Source: a bacterium (lineage in GTDB: Bacteria; Krumholzibacteriota; Krumholzibacteriia; LZORAL124-64-63). From it: DNA of 64,000 bases. Below, in pieces: positions 20,939 through 29,947 of the stretch; position 1 is the first letter of the stretch; every line of letters begins with the position of its first letter. Location of the stretch: positions 2,063,737-2,127,736 of the forward strand of contig JADJQR010000001.1 of NCBI GenBank assembly GCA_016712675.1. The letters are read 5' to 3'. The notes under the pieces are model-generated. The model was not told the DNA's origin, ran no database searches, and saw only the letters and a program-made list of their open reading frames with translations. Position numbers and translations under genes: made by a program.

Positions 20939-21439
20939 ATGGATCGGCTGTGCACTCCGTGGAGGTACGGATACGTGAGCGGCGAGCGCCGGGAAGACGG
21001 ATGCATCTTCTGCAATCGGCTGTCGGGAGACGGTCGGGAACACTACGTGCTCCACCGCGGGCCTCGCTGGTACCTCATCCTGAACCTGTACCCGTACAAC
21101 AGCGGGCATCTGCTGCTGGTGCTGGGGCGGCACGCGGCGCGGCTGTCCGACTGCACTCCCTCGGAACTCGAGGATCTGGCCAGGATGCTCAAGCTCATGG
21201 AGGACGCGTTGCAGGAGGCGTTCAGGCCTGACGGCATCAATTGCGGGTACAACGGGGGTGCCAGCGCCGGCGCCGGGATCCCGGGGCACCTGCACGTGCA
21301 CATGTTGCCGAGGTGGGCCGGCGACACCAACTTCATGAGCACGATCGGCGAGACCCGCGTCATGCCCCAGACCCTGGACCAGGTCTGGGAACGCCTCAAG
21401 CCGGTGATCGACCGCCTGGCGGCGGAACTCGGCGGGTGA
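20939..21439 (+). CDS. HIT-family nucleotide hydrolase/transferase
   Basis: Histidine triad HLHVHMLPR plus CIFC near the N-terminus; starts 3 nt after the preceding stop. Confidence 0.8.
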   Translation: MDRLCTPWRYGYVSGERREDGCIFCNRLSGDGREHYVLHRGPRWYLILNLYPYNSGHLLLVLGRHAARLSDCTPSELEDLARMLKLMEDALQEAFRPDGINCGYNGGASAGAGIPGHLHVHMLPRWAGDTNFMSTIGETRVMPQTLDQVWERLKPVIDRLAAELGG

Positions 21440-21553
21440 CCGCAGGGCCAATCACCGGTTCCTTTGGCGCGGCGTGGATGCTATCTTGCGCCGGCGGGCG
21501 ACGATCGGCCGAGGTGGCCGCCGGCGGGCCGGCCCGGGGAAAGACGGAGGGCG

Positions 21554-21817
21554 ATGCGCAAGTCGCTGGGGACCGTGGTCCTGACCCTGATGGTGGGCGT
21601 GCTGATCGGCGCCATCGTGAGCGAGGTCCTCGGGCTCTTCCTGAGCAAGGGGAGCGTGGCCGAACAGCTTTTTGTGCGTTATGTAACCTTCGGCCCCGAG
21701 GTCACCCGCTGGAACCTGGTGATCCTCGACATCACGTTCGGGTTCCAGATCCACTTCAACCTCATGAGCGTGATCGGCGTCTTCATCGCCTCGCAGATCC
21801 TGAGGTGGTACCGCTGA
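21554..21817 (+). CDS. DUF4321-like small membrane protein
   Basis: An 87-aa hydrophobic protein (LTLMVGVLIGAIVSEVLGLFL...); GACGGAGGG sits upstream of the ATG at 21554 (in-frame start within the 21464 ORF). Confidence 0.55.
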   Translation: MRKSLGTVVLTLMVGVLIGAIVSEVLGLFLSKGSVAEQLFVRYVTFGPEVTRWNLVILDITFGFQIHFNLMSVIGVFIASQILRWYR

Positions 21818-21833
21818 GCCACGGGAGGCCGTG

Positions 21834-22094
21834 ATGGTTCCAGTGCCCGCATTCCTGGGGAACATCGGCTGGCAGGAGATGCTGGTCATCCTGGTGTTCA
21901 TCCTGCTCTTCTTCGGGCCGAAACGACTGCCGGAAGTTGCCGAGGCCTTCGGCAAGTCGATCCGCAAGTTCAAGAGCGCGACGCAGGACGCCACGCGCGA
22001 GGTGCGCCGCGAACTGGAGGACGCCGGCAACGGGCGGCCGACGGACGCGCCGCCGCCCGGCAACGGGAAGCCCGAGGGTCCGGCGCAGCCCTGA
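21834..22094 (+). CDS. tatA: twin-arginine translocase subunit TatA/E
   Basis: FGPKRLPEVAEAFGKSIRKFK preceded by a TM helix; GGGAGG upstream. Confidence 0.85.
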   Translation: MVPVPAFLGNIGWQEMLVILVFILLFFGPKRLPEVAEAFGKSIRKFKSATQDATREVRRELEDAGNGRPTDAPPPGNGKPEGPAQP

Positions 22095-22110
22095 CCGCAC
22101 GGAGGTCGGC

Positions 22111-24420
22111 TTGAACCTAGCGCAACTGCTGGACCAGCTGAAGGCCGACGAGCGATTCCTGCGCCACGTGACCCGGTGGGAGGTCATCCCGCCGCAGCCC
22201 GCCCGCACGGCGCCCTTCCCGGCGAGTCTCGACCCGCGGCTGGGTGAAGCCCTGCGCCGACGCGGCGTGGCCGACCTGTACACGCACCAGGCCGATGCGG
22301 TGGCGCTCGCGGCGGCGGGGCGTTCGTTCGTGGTGCCGACGCCGACGGCCAGCGGCAAGACCCTTTGCTACAATCTGCCGGTGCTGGACGCCGTGCTCCG
22401 CGATCCCCAGGCGCGCGCGCTCTACCTGTTCCCGACCAAGGCCCTGGCCCAGGACCAGATGCACGAAGTCCATGGACTGGTGACGGAGCTGGGCGCCGAC
22501 ATCCGCACTTTCACCTTCGACGGAGACACGCCGGAGACGGCGCGGCGCGCCATCCGCAGCTCGGGCCACATCGTGGTCACGAACCCGGACATGCTGCACC
22601 AGGGCATCCTGCCGCACCACACGCTGTGGGTGAAGCTGTTCGAGAACCTGCGCTTCGTGGTTGTCGACGAGGTTCACCAGTACCGCGGCGTCTTCGGCAG
22701 CCATGTGGCGAACGTGCTGCGCCGGTTGCGGCGTGTGGCGCGGTTCTATGGGGCGGACCCGCAGTTCATCTGCTGTTCGGCCACCATCGCCAATCCGCGC
22801 GAGCTGGCCGAACGACTGACCGGCCTGGAGATGGCCGAGGTCGCCGACAACGGTGCACCGCGCGGCCTCAAGCATTTCATCTTCTACAATCCGCCGGTGG
22901 TCAACCGCGAGCTGGGCATCCGCGCCTCGACGATCAAGACCACGCGTGCCATCGCTGAACGCTTCCTGGGCACCGGCGCCCAGATGATCGTGTTTGCCCG
23001 CAGCCGCATGCGGGTCGAGCTGCTGCTGACCTACCTGGAGAAGGCCGGGCGGAGGGTCGGGATCCGCAGCGGCGAGGTGCGCGGCTACCGGGGCGGCTAC
23101 CTGCCCGGCGAGCGGCGGGCGATCGAGCAGGGGTTGCGCGACGGCACGGTCAAGGCGGTGGTGTCGACCAACGCGCTCGAGCTGGGCATCGACATCGGGC
23201 GCCTGGACGTCTGCATCATGGCGGGCTATGCCGGTACGGTGGCTGCGACCTGGCAGCAGGCCGGGCGCGCGGGCCGGCGCCAGAACGTGAGCGCGGTGGT
23301 GCTGGTGGCCTCGAGCAGTCCTGCGGACCAGTACATCGTCTCGAACCCGGACTTCTTCTTCGGGCGCAGCCCGGAATACGCGACGCTCGATCCGGACAAC
23401 CTGATCGTCCAGATGAGCCACCTGAAATGCGCAGCCTTCGAGCTGCCGTTCGTCGAGGACGAGGACTACGGCGGCCACCGGGTGACGGAGATCCTCGAGT
23501 ACCTCTGCGAGAACCGGGTCCTGCACCGCGCCGAAGGGCGCTTCCATTGGATGGCCGAAACGTACCCGGCCGAGGACGTGAGCCTTCGCAGCGCGGCGCC
23601 GGACAATGTCGTGATCATCGATGACTCGCGGCCGGGTGGCCTGGTGATCGGCGAGATGGATCTCTTCAGCGCGCAGGAGATGCTCCACGACGATGCCATC
23701 TACATCCACGGGGCGCAGCAGTACCACGTCGACCGGCTGGACTGGGACCGGCGGGAGGCGCACGTGCAGCCGGTGCAGGTGGACTACTACACCGATGCGC
23801 AGCGTAAGAGCGAACTGAAGACGCTGACCGCCGACGAGGCCAAGCCCTGCGGCGACGGCGGGCTCGCCGTCGGCGAGATCGGGCTGGTCTCGAAGGTGAC
23901 CGTCTACAAGAAGATCAAGCTGGGCACGCACGAGAACGTGGGCGCGGGCCGGGTGCACCTTCCGGAGATGGAGATGCACACGACCGGCTTCTGGTGGGAA
24001 GTGCCCGAGTCGGCGGCGGGGGATCTGGCCGCCTCGGGCCTGGACCTCGGCGACGCGCTCAAGGGCCTGGCGCACCTGCTGGGCTGCGTGGCACCTGTCT
24101 TCGTGATGGCCGACAGCGCCGACCTGCATGCCACGGCGATGATCCGGTCCCCCTTCACGGGCAAGGCGACGCTCTACCTGTACGACAGCGTGCCGGGCGG
24201 TGCAGGCTTTGCGCGCCGGATCTACGAGCAGTTCGACGAGATCCGCGCCGCCGCGCGCAGCCACCTGACGGGCTGTCCCTGCGGCCGCGGCTGCCCGGCC
24301 TGCGTGGGCGCGACCGTCGAGTCGGGCGACACGGCGCGCGCGGGCGCGGCCCGGCTCCTGGCGCTGGCGCCCGGCGGCCGTGACGAGGCGGGTCCGCTGG
24401 TCTCCGCGGCGGGCGGTTGA
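22111..24420 (+). CDS. mrfA: MrfA/YprA-like DExH-box helicase with C-terminal DUF1998 zinc ribbon
   Basis: TTG start with GGAGG 5 nt upstream (the track ORF start at 21937 would overlap tatA). Walker A TPTASGKT, DEVH box VVVDEVHQ, helicase C domain, and C-terminal CPCGRGCPACVG. Confidence 0.8.
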   Translation: MNLAQLLDQLKADERFLRHVTRWEVIPPQPARTAPFPASLDPRLGEALRRRGVADLYTHQADAVALAAAGRSFVVPTPTASGKTLCYNLPVLDAVLRDPQARALYLFPTKALAQDQMHEVHGLVTELGADIRTFTFDGDTPETARRAIRSSGHIVVTNPDMLHQGILPHHTLWVKLFENLRFVVVDEVHQYRGVFGSHVANVLRRLRRVARFYGADPQFICCSATIANPRELAERLTGLEMAEVADNGAPRGLKHFIFYNPPVVNRELGIRASTIKTTRAIAERFLGTGAQMIVFARSRMRVELLLTYLEKAGRRVGIRSGEVRGYRGGYLPGERRAIEQGLRDGTVKAVVSTNALELGIDIGRLDVCIMAGYAGTVAATWQQAGRAGRRQNVSAVVLVASSSPADQYIVSNPDFFFGRSPEYATLDPDNLIVQMSHLKCAAFELPFVEDEDYGGHRVTEILEYLCENRVLHRAEGRFHWMAETYPAEDVSLRSAAPDNVVIIDDSRPGGLVIGEMDLFSAQEMLHDDAIYIHGAQQYHVDRLDWDRREAHVQPVQVDYYTDAQRKSELKTLTADEAKPCGDGGLAVGEIGLVSKVTVYKKIKLGTHENVGAGRVHLPEMEMHTTGFWWEVPESAAGDLAASGLDLGDALKGLAHLLGCVAPVFVMADSADLHATAMIRSPFTGKATLYLYDSVPGGAGFARRIYEQFDEIRAAARSHLTGCPCGRGCPACVGATVESGDTARAGAARLLALAPGGRDEAGPLVSAAGG

Positions 24421-25634
24421 GCATGGACCTGCGCAGCAGGCTGGCGAAACTGGACCGGGCGGCCGGGCGACCGGCCCCCGGCTCCGCGCCGGCGGGAACG
24501 GGCGACCGACAGGCGCGGGCGGTCGTCGGCGAGCTGCCGGCGGAACTGGGCCTGCGCGAGGAGGCGACCCCGGACGGTCCCTGCTGGTACCGCGAGTGGC
24601 GCGAGTGCGCCGACGGGCCGGACGAGGTGCTGCCGGATCTCGGCGGCATCTTGACCCACCGCCAGCCGCGGGCTGCCGCGCGCGGCGACGTGCTGCTCCT
24701 GGACACCGAGACGACCGGACTGGCGGGCGGCACCGGCACGCTGGCGTTCCTGGTCGGGGTGGGCTGGTGGGAAGGATCCGAGCTTGTCGTCCGCCAGCTG
24801 TTCCTGCCGGGTCCGGGCCGCGAAGCCGGGCTCCTGGCAGCACTCGCCCAATGGTCGGCCCGGTTCAGCGCGGTCGTCACCTACAACGGGGCGTCCTTCG
24901 ACCTGCCTCTGCTGCGCACGCGGGCGCTGATGAACCGACGGGCCGACCCGTTGGGCCACCTGGACTCGTGGGATCTGCTGCCGGCTGCGCGCCGCCTGTG
25001 GGGGCGGGTCCTGCCCGATTGCCGGCAGCAGACGGTGGAAGCTTCGATCTGCGGGCTGGCGCGGGCGGAGGGCGACATCGAGGGCTTCCGCATCCCCGAG
25101 GTCTGGCGCGACTGGCTGGGCGGGAGCGGGACCGACGACCTCCTGTGCGTCCTGAGGCACAACCAGCGTGACGTGCGCGGCATGGCGGCCATCCTCGGCC
25201 GCGCCTGCGCGGCGCGCCAGGCCCTGGACCGCCCGGCGGCTCCCGGCCCGGGTGACCCGCTGCGCGCGTGGACCCTGGCGCGCGTGGCGCAGCGACGGCG
25301 GGACCACGCTGCGGCCGCCGACTGGATCACCGTGGCCTTGTCAACCGGTTCCGGGCCCGCTGGGGTGGACGGACAGCTGCTGGCGCGCGACGCGGTGCCG
25401 ATGCTCAAGCGGGTGGGCCGCTGGAGCGAACTGGAACGACTGCTGGGAGCGCGGATCGCCGCGGGCGCCGGCGCCTGGGCGCACCGCGAGGCGGCGATCC
25501 TCTACGAGCGACGCCTGCATCGGCTGGACAAGGCCCTGTTCCATGCCGGGCAGGCGGATGAGTCGGCGCGCGTGGCGCGCCTGAAGCGGCGGCTGGAGCG
25601 GGCCGCCGGAACGCGAAAGGCGGAGGGACCATGA
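24417..25634 (+). CDS. mrfB: MrfB/YprB-like RNase-H-fold 3'-5' exonuclease
   Basis: VLLLDTETTGL (DEDD exonuclease motif I) and a TPR-like C-terminus; ATGA overlap with the mrfA stop. Confidence 0.7.
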   Translation: MSMDLRSRLAKLDRAAGRPAPGSAPAGTGDRQARAVVGELPAELGLREEATPDGPCWYREWRECADGPDEVLPDLGGILTHRQPRAAARGDVLLLDTETTGLAGGTGTLAFLVGVGWWEGSELVVRQLFLPGPGREAGLLAALAQWSARFSAVVTYNGASFDLPLLRTRALMNRRADPLGHLDSWDLLPAARRLWGRVLPDCRQQTVEASICGLARAEGDIEGFRIPEVWRDWLGGSGTDDLLCVLRHNQRDVRGMAAILGRACAARQALDRPAAPGPGDPLRAWTLARVAQRRRDHAAAADWITVALSTGSGPAGVDGQLLARDAVPMLKRVGRWSELERLLGARIAAGAGAWAHREAAILYERRLHRLDKALFHAGQADESARVARLKRRLERAAGTRKAEGP

Positions 25635-26062
25635 TCAGGCTGGCACGGCACGAGGGGCACCTGTTCGTTGCGGGCGTGCGTGTGCTGGTGCATCGCCTGG
25701 GCCGGGGCCCGACGCCGCAGGAACTGGCCGACCTGCTCGCGGCGAACGAGAGCCAGGTGCGTCTGCAGGCCGCGGCGCTGGAGGACCTGGGGGCCATCGC
25801 GCTGGTCAGCAGTGCGTTCGAGACGCACCTGGAGCTCCGCGACCACCTCCGCCTGGAGCAGCTCGCTGAGAGCGACGGTCCTGCCATCAGCGACGCCTTG
25901 CGCGATTTCGACGAACGCAAGCGCGAGGAAGCCGAGAAGATGGCGCGCCTGTTCGACACGGGCGAAGCGGAGCAGCAGCGCCAGGACCAGCTGCGGCGGA
26001 TGGACGACGACCTGCGCGACTTCCGGCGCAAGCGTCCGCGAAACCCGTTCAGCGAGGAATGA
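25631..26062 (+). CDS. hypothetical 143-aa protein coupled to mrfB (possible wHTH N-terminus plus charged coiled coil)
   Basis: ATGA overlap with the mrfB stop; PTPQELADLLAANESQVRLQAAALEDLGAI is helix-turn-helix-like, and the C-terminus is E/R/D/Q-rich. Confidence 0.45.
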   Translation: MIRLARHEGHLFVAGVRVLVHRLGRGPTPQELADLLAANESQVRLQAAALEDLGAIALVSSAFETHLELRDHLRLEQLAESDGPAISDALRDFDERKREEAEKMARLFDTGEAEQQRQDQLRRMDDDLRDFRRKRPRNPFSEE

Positions 26063-26109
26063 AGCGAAGAGCCTGCGATGCTCGCCACGACGGGCCCGGA
26101 ACGGGACGG

Positions 26110-26131
26110 CCCGGGACATGTGCGTCCCGGG
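26110..26131. terminator. bidirectional hairpin between convergent genes
   Basis: CCCGGGAC-atgtgc-GTCCCGGG (8-bp stem) between the + strand orphan and - strand ppiD. Confidence 0.5.
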
Positions 26132-26159
26132 CCAATGTCGACCGTAGGGCTGTCCCCGC

Positions 26160-27959
26160 TCAGCCGTCGCGGCGCAATTCCGCTCGGCGGTCCTCGATCT
26201 TGGCGGCGCCCACCTGTTCCTGCAGCCACTTCTCGACGGCCTCGTTCTGGGCCTGCATCATCAACGCCTGCTGAATGCCGGCCCGACGGGCGCCGAAATC
26301 GGCTTCGTCGATGGGCTTGATCCACAGCGGCATCCCGGCGTAGACGCCCCGCGCGGTTTCGACTTCCGGCGTCAACCGCCCGACCAGTCCCTCGATGACC
26401 TGCTTGTTGAAGTCGGTGCCGAAGCCGATCTCGGGTACGTTGCTGTTGTAGGAGAAGGTATCGGTCACGGCGTACTTGAGCCCGTGCTGCGCGGCGGCCT
26501 GGCTGACCGCGGCGCCGGTGTTGATGGCGGCGAGCGCCGGGGCCAGGCGCTGCTTCGCGACCTGGATGTTATGCTGGTTGCGCAGGGCCAGCATGACCTG
26601 GCTTCGGACCTCTTCCAGGGGGCGCAAGCCGGCGGGCTCCACGCGCTCGGCCAGGACGACATAGAAGCACTCGTCGTTCTCGAAGACCGGGCTGATCGCC
26701 CCGGCCGAGACACCGAAGAGCCAGCTGGTACCCTGCAGCGAGAGCGGCAGGCCTGGGATGTCGCGCCCGCGCGAGATGGCCGCGGGCTTGAGCAGGTCGT
26801 GCGCCTCGGCCTCGGCCGTGGTGACGAAGCTCCCGGCGTTCACGCGCTGGCGGAACGACGCGGCGCTCTCGGCGATCTGGTCGATGGTCTGCGGTCCGGG
26901 CGTGATCTTCATCAGGATGTGGCGGGCGGTGACCTGGCCGGCCGCCTCGTCGCGCGCCGTCACCTCGATCAGGTGGAAACCGAACTGCGTGCGCACGGGC
27001 TCACTGATCTGGCCGACGGCCAGGCCGAATGCAGCCTCGGTGAACTCCGGGACCATGCGGGTGCGATCGAACGCACCGAGGTCGCCGCCGCGCTGACCGC
27101 TGCCGGTGTCGTCGCTGTACTGCCGCGCGGCCGTGGCGAAGTCGAGCTTGCCGGCGGCGATGTCGGACTTGATCTCGGCGAGCGTGTCGAGGACATCCTT
27201 CTCGTCGGCACTGCTGGCCGCCTTCGGGAAGCGCACCGCCTTGCAGTAGGCCAGTCCGTCGTGGCTGTAGTCGTCGGGATGGGCGACATACCAGGCTTCG
27301 ATCTCCTGGTCGGTCGGGCTGTAGCCGTCGCTGATGTCGTTGAAGGCGACTCCGACGTACTCCGCCATGGCGCGACCCGACTGCCGCAGGTACTCGCGAC
27401 GCACATCCTCTTCCGGCACCACGGCCTGGCCGGCGATGCGATCGGCGAGCTTCTGGGTCAGCATGACCTGCCGGACATAGGCCTCGACCGGGCCCCAGTT
27501 GTTCTGGGGATTCTGCAGATCGGCGCGGTAGCGCGCGATGTCGATCTGCCCGTTCTCGTCACGGTACTGCTGCAGGATCTCGGCCGGGGGATCGTTCAGG
27601 AAGCGGTCGAGAAGCTCCTGGTCCGTGACCTTCAGCTTCGCGTCAGCGATGGCCTTGTCGATGATCGTCTGCTGGACCAGCGATTCCCAGGCGCGGTCCT
27701 GCGCCGCAGCATACTGGTTGGCATTGAGCTCGCGGTCCGGCGATTGCTGGCGCATCATCGCCACCTGCTGGCGCACGGTGTTCTCGAAGTCCTCGGCCGT
27801 GATCTGCCGGCCGTTGACCGACCCGATGACACCCGACGCGATCTGGCCGCCGCCGCGGTTGCAGCCCGCATCGCCGAAGCCGAGGTAGACGAAGGCCAGG
27901 AACGACAGGGCGATCACCCAGTAGAACAGCTTCGCCCTCGAACGCAGGAACTGGAACAT
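26160..27959 (-). CDS. ppiD: periplasmic chaperone PpiD (SurA-N domain plus parvulin PPIase)
   Basis: MFQFLRSRAKLFYWVIALSFLAFV membrane anchor, SurA_N-like region, parvulin domain (FGFHLIEVTARDEAA). Start chosen at the internal Met of the 646-aa track ORF. Confidence 0.8.
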   Translation of the reverse strand: MFQFLRSRAKLFYWVIALSFLAFVYLGFGDAGCNRGGGQIASGVIGSVNGRQITAEDFENTVRQQVAMMRQQSPDRELNANQYAAAQDRAWESLVQQTIIDKAIADAKLKVTDQELLDRFLNDPPAEILQQYRDENGQIDIARYRADLQNPQNNWGPVEAYVRQVMLTQKLADRIAGQAVVPEEDVRREYLRQSGRAMAEYVGVAFNDISDGYSPTDQEIEAWYVAHPDDYSHDGLAYCKAVRFPKAASSADEKDVLDTLAEIKSDIAAGKLDFATAARQYSDDTGSGQRGGDLGAFDRTRMVPEFTEAAFGLAVGQISEPVRTQFGFHLIEVTARDEAAGQVTARHILMKITPGPQTIDQIAESAASFRQRVNAGSFVTTAEAEAHDLLKPAAISRGRDIPGLPLSLQGTSWLFGVSAGAISPVFENDECFYVVLAERVEPAGLRPLEEVRSQVMLALRNQHNIQVAKQRLAPALAAINTGAAVSQAAAQHGLKYAVTDTFSYNSNVPEIGFGTDFNKQVIEGLVGRLTPEVETARGVYAGMPLWIKPIDEADFGARRAGIQQALMMQAQNEAVEKWLQEQVGAAKIEDRRAELRRDG

Positions 27960-28209
27960 CGAACGAACCCCTTGCCGGTGGTTGACCAGGCCGACCGGCC
28001 GGCGGGCGCCTGCAAACGGGCCCGAACGGACGGAATCGGCACAACAAGTCACGGCGTCGCCGGACGGACCGGCTCGCCGCGCAGCAAATCGACTCCCCAT
28101 GATGGCAGAAACGGGCCGGATTCACAAGTTGCGCGTGGCCCGCGACGCGCTTTGCGCTAGACTGCGCCGGCCGGCGTGAGTGCTGCCCGGCAACCAACGG
28201 GAGGATGCC

Positions 28210-28647
28210 GTGCAGTGGAACGCGGGCCTGGTGGCCCTGCTGAGCGGCCTGCTGGCACAGGCGGGCAAGGTGGTCTGGGAGGCGGCGGCGCATCGGCGCT
28301 GGCGCCCCTGGTTGTTTTTCGCGAACGGTGGCATGCCCAGCTCGCATGCGGCCACGGTCACGACCCTGGCCCTGCTGGTCCGGCGGGCAGATGGGGCCGG
28401 TTCGGCGCAGTTCTCCCTGGCCATCGTCTTCGGCGTCTTCGTACTGTTCGAAGCGACGGGGCTGCGCCAGGAGATGGGTAAGCAGGCGCGCCTGCTGAAC
28501 GAACTGCGGGAAGCCCTGCACGACGGACGCAGGCTGCCGGGGGCGCCCTTGCGGGAGCTGGTCGGGCATACCTGGGGCGAGGTTTGCGGGGGTGTGGTCT
28601 GGGGCGTGGGGGGGTACTACCTGCTGCGCGCATTGGTCATGGGGTAA
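28210..28647 (+). CDS. DUF212 / divergent PAP2-like membrane protein
   Basis: GGMPSSHAATVTTLALLV motif; GTG start with GGAGG 5 nt upstream. Confidence 0.55.
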   Translation: MQWNAGLVALLSGLLAQAGKVVWEAAAHRRWRPWLFFANGGMPSSHAATVTTLALLVRRADGAGSAQFSLAIVFGVFVLFEATGLRQEMGKQARLLNELREALHDGRRLPGAPLRELVGHTWGEVCGGVVWGVGGYYLLRALVMG

Positions 28648-28845
28648 CCCGATGATCACGGCTGCGTGACATCGTAAGGGGATCATTATTTTTGCTGTTG
28701 ACAACAACCCCGGCGGCGCTAGGGTCGACGGTGGTGGCGTACGTGTTCCCGAGGCAGGGCTCGCGCACGACGCGCCGTGGCGCTGCCCGGGCTGGAGGCC
28801 CGTGCACGTGGGAGGACCCGCGATCCATGGTCGAAAGGATTCGGC

Positions 28846-29919
28846 ATGCGCGTCGTAGCCTTGGCCAACCAGAAAGGTGGTTGCGGAAAGACCACCACCG
28901 CGACCAACCTCGCCGCCGCCCTGGCCCAACTCGGACACAAGGTCCTGCTGCTCGACAACGACCCGCAGGGGCACGCGACGCTGTCCTTCGGCTTCCGTGA
29001 GCGCGACTTCACGCTCAGCACCTACGACCTGTTCCTCACCACCGACATCCTGGTCGAGGACGCGTTTCTCGAGATCGAGCCGGGGTTGCACCTGGTGCCA
29101 GCGGGCGTGGAGCTGAGCGCGGTCGAGATGGCGCTGGCCCGGGAGCCCGAGCGTGACGTGCGCCTGCGCGACAACCTGCGGCGCAGCGCGCTGCCATACG
29201 ACTACATCCTGATCGACTGCCCGCCCAGTGTCGGCCTGCTCACGTTCAACGCGCTGCTGGCCAGTGGCGAGGTCATCATCCCGGTCGACCCGAGCTGCTA
29301 CGGGCTGCAGGCCGTGCGCAAGATGCGCGAGACGCTGACGATGCTGCGCCAGAAGAAGGGGCACGACGTCGTTCCGCGGGTCCTGATGTCGGGCTTCGAC
29401 ACCCGGCCGTTGTTCGTGCGGAAGATCATGGAGGAACTGGCGGAGCTGTACCCTGACGACCTCATGGAGACGATCATTCACCACACGGTGCGCTTCCGCG
29501 AGGCTGCGGGAGCGGGGCTACCTGTTGCCCGGCTCGATCCCGATTCGCGCGGCGCCCATGATTTCCGGATGCTCGCGCGCGAGGTAGCGGGCAAGGAGTC
29601 TCTCGTGGCGGTGCCGGCACTGGACCACTGGACGGCCCTGCTGCATGGCCCGCAGGTGACGAAGGCGGGCGTTCGCTTCGAGGCGGATTTCCCCAGGGCG
29701 CGCTCGGTGCGTTTGACCGGGACATTCTGCAACTGGTCGGCCAAGGGTCTGGCGCTGGCCAAGCGCGAGGATGGTATCTGGGAGGCCCATCTGCAGTTGG
29801 AGAACGGCCGGCACCAGTACCGCTTCATCGTCGATGGCGCCTGGCTGCCCGATCCGCACAACACCGAAACGGTAGCCAACGAATTCGGCGGGGCCAACAG
29901 CCTGCTGCTCGTGCCTTGA
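28846..29919 (+). CDS. ParA/Soj-family P-loop ATPase fused to a C-terminal CBM48 (AMPK-beta glycogen-binding-like) domain
   Basis: Deviant Walker A VVALANQKGGCGKTTTATNLAAALA and LLLDNDPQGHAT. The C-terminal ~90 aa read VRLTGTFCNWSAKGLALAKREDGIWEAHLQLENGRHQYRFIVDGAWLPDPHNTETVANEFGGANSLLLV, which is the CBM48 / AMPK1_CBM pattern. Confidence 0.8.
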   Translation: MRVVALANQKGGCGKTTTATNLAAALAQLGHKVLLLDNDPQGHATLSFGFRERDFTLSTYDLFLTTDILVEDAFLEIEPGLHLVPAGVELSAVEMALAREPERDVRLRDNLRRSALPYDYILIDCPPSVGLLTFNALLASGEVIIPVDPSCYGLQAVRKMRETLTMLRQKKGHDVVPRVLMSGFDTRPLFVRKIMEELAELYPDDLMETIIHHTVRFREAAGAGLPVARLDPDSRGAHDFRMLAREVAGKESLVAVPALDHWTALLHGPQVTKAGVRFEADFPRARSVRLTGTFCNWSAKGLALAKREDGIWEAHLQLENGRHQYRFIVDGAWLPDPHNTETVANEFGGANSLLLVP

Positions 29920-29947
29920 CGCCGGCCGGCTGCGTGGCGCTGCCGGG

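Noticed and set aside
21937-22110. Longer start for the helicase (track ORF from 21937)
   Set aside because: It would overlap tatA by ~160 nt. The TTG at 22111 has GGAGG 5 nt upstream and begins just after the tatA stop.
22117-24843. 908-aa - strand ORF
   Set aside because: Antisense to mrfA; a low-complexity Arg/Pro/Ala product.
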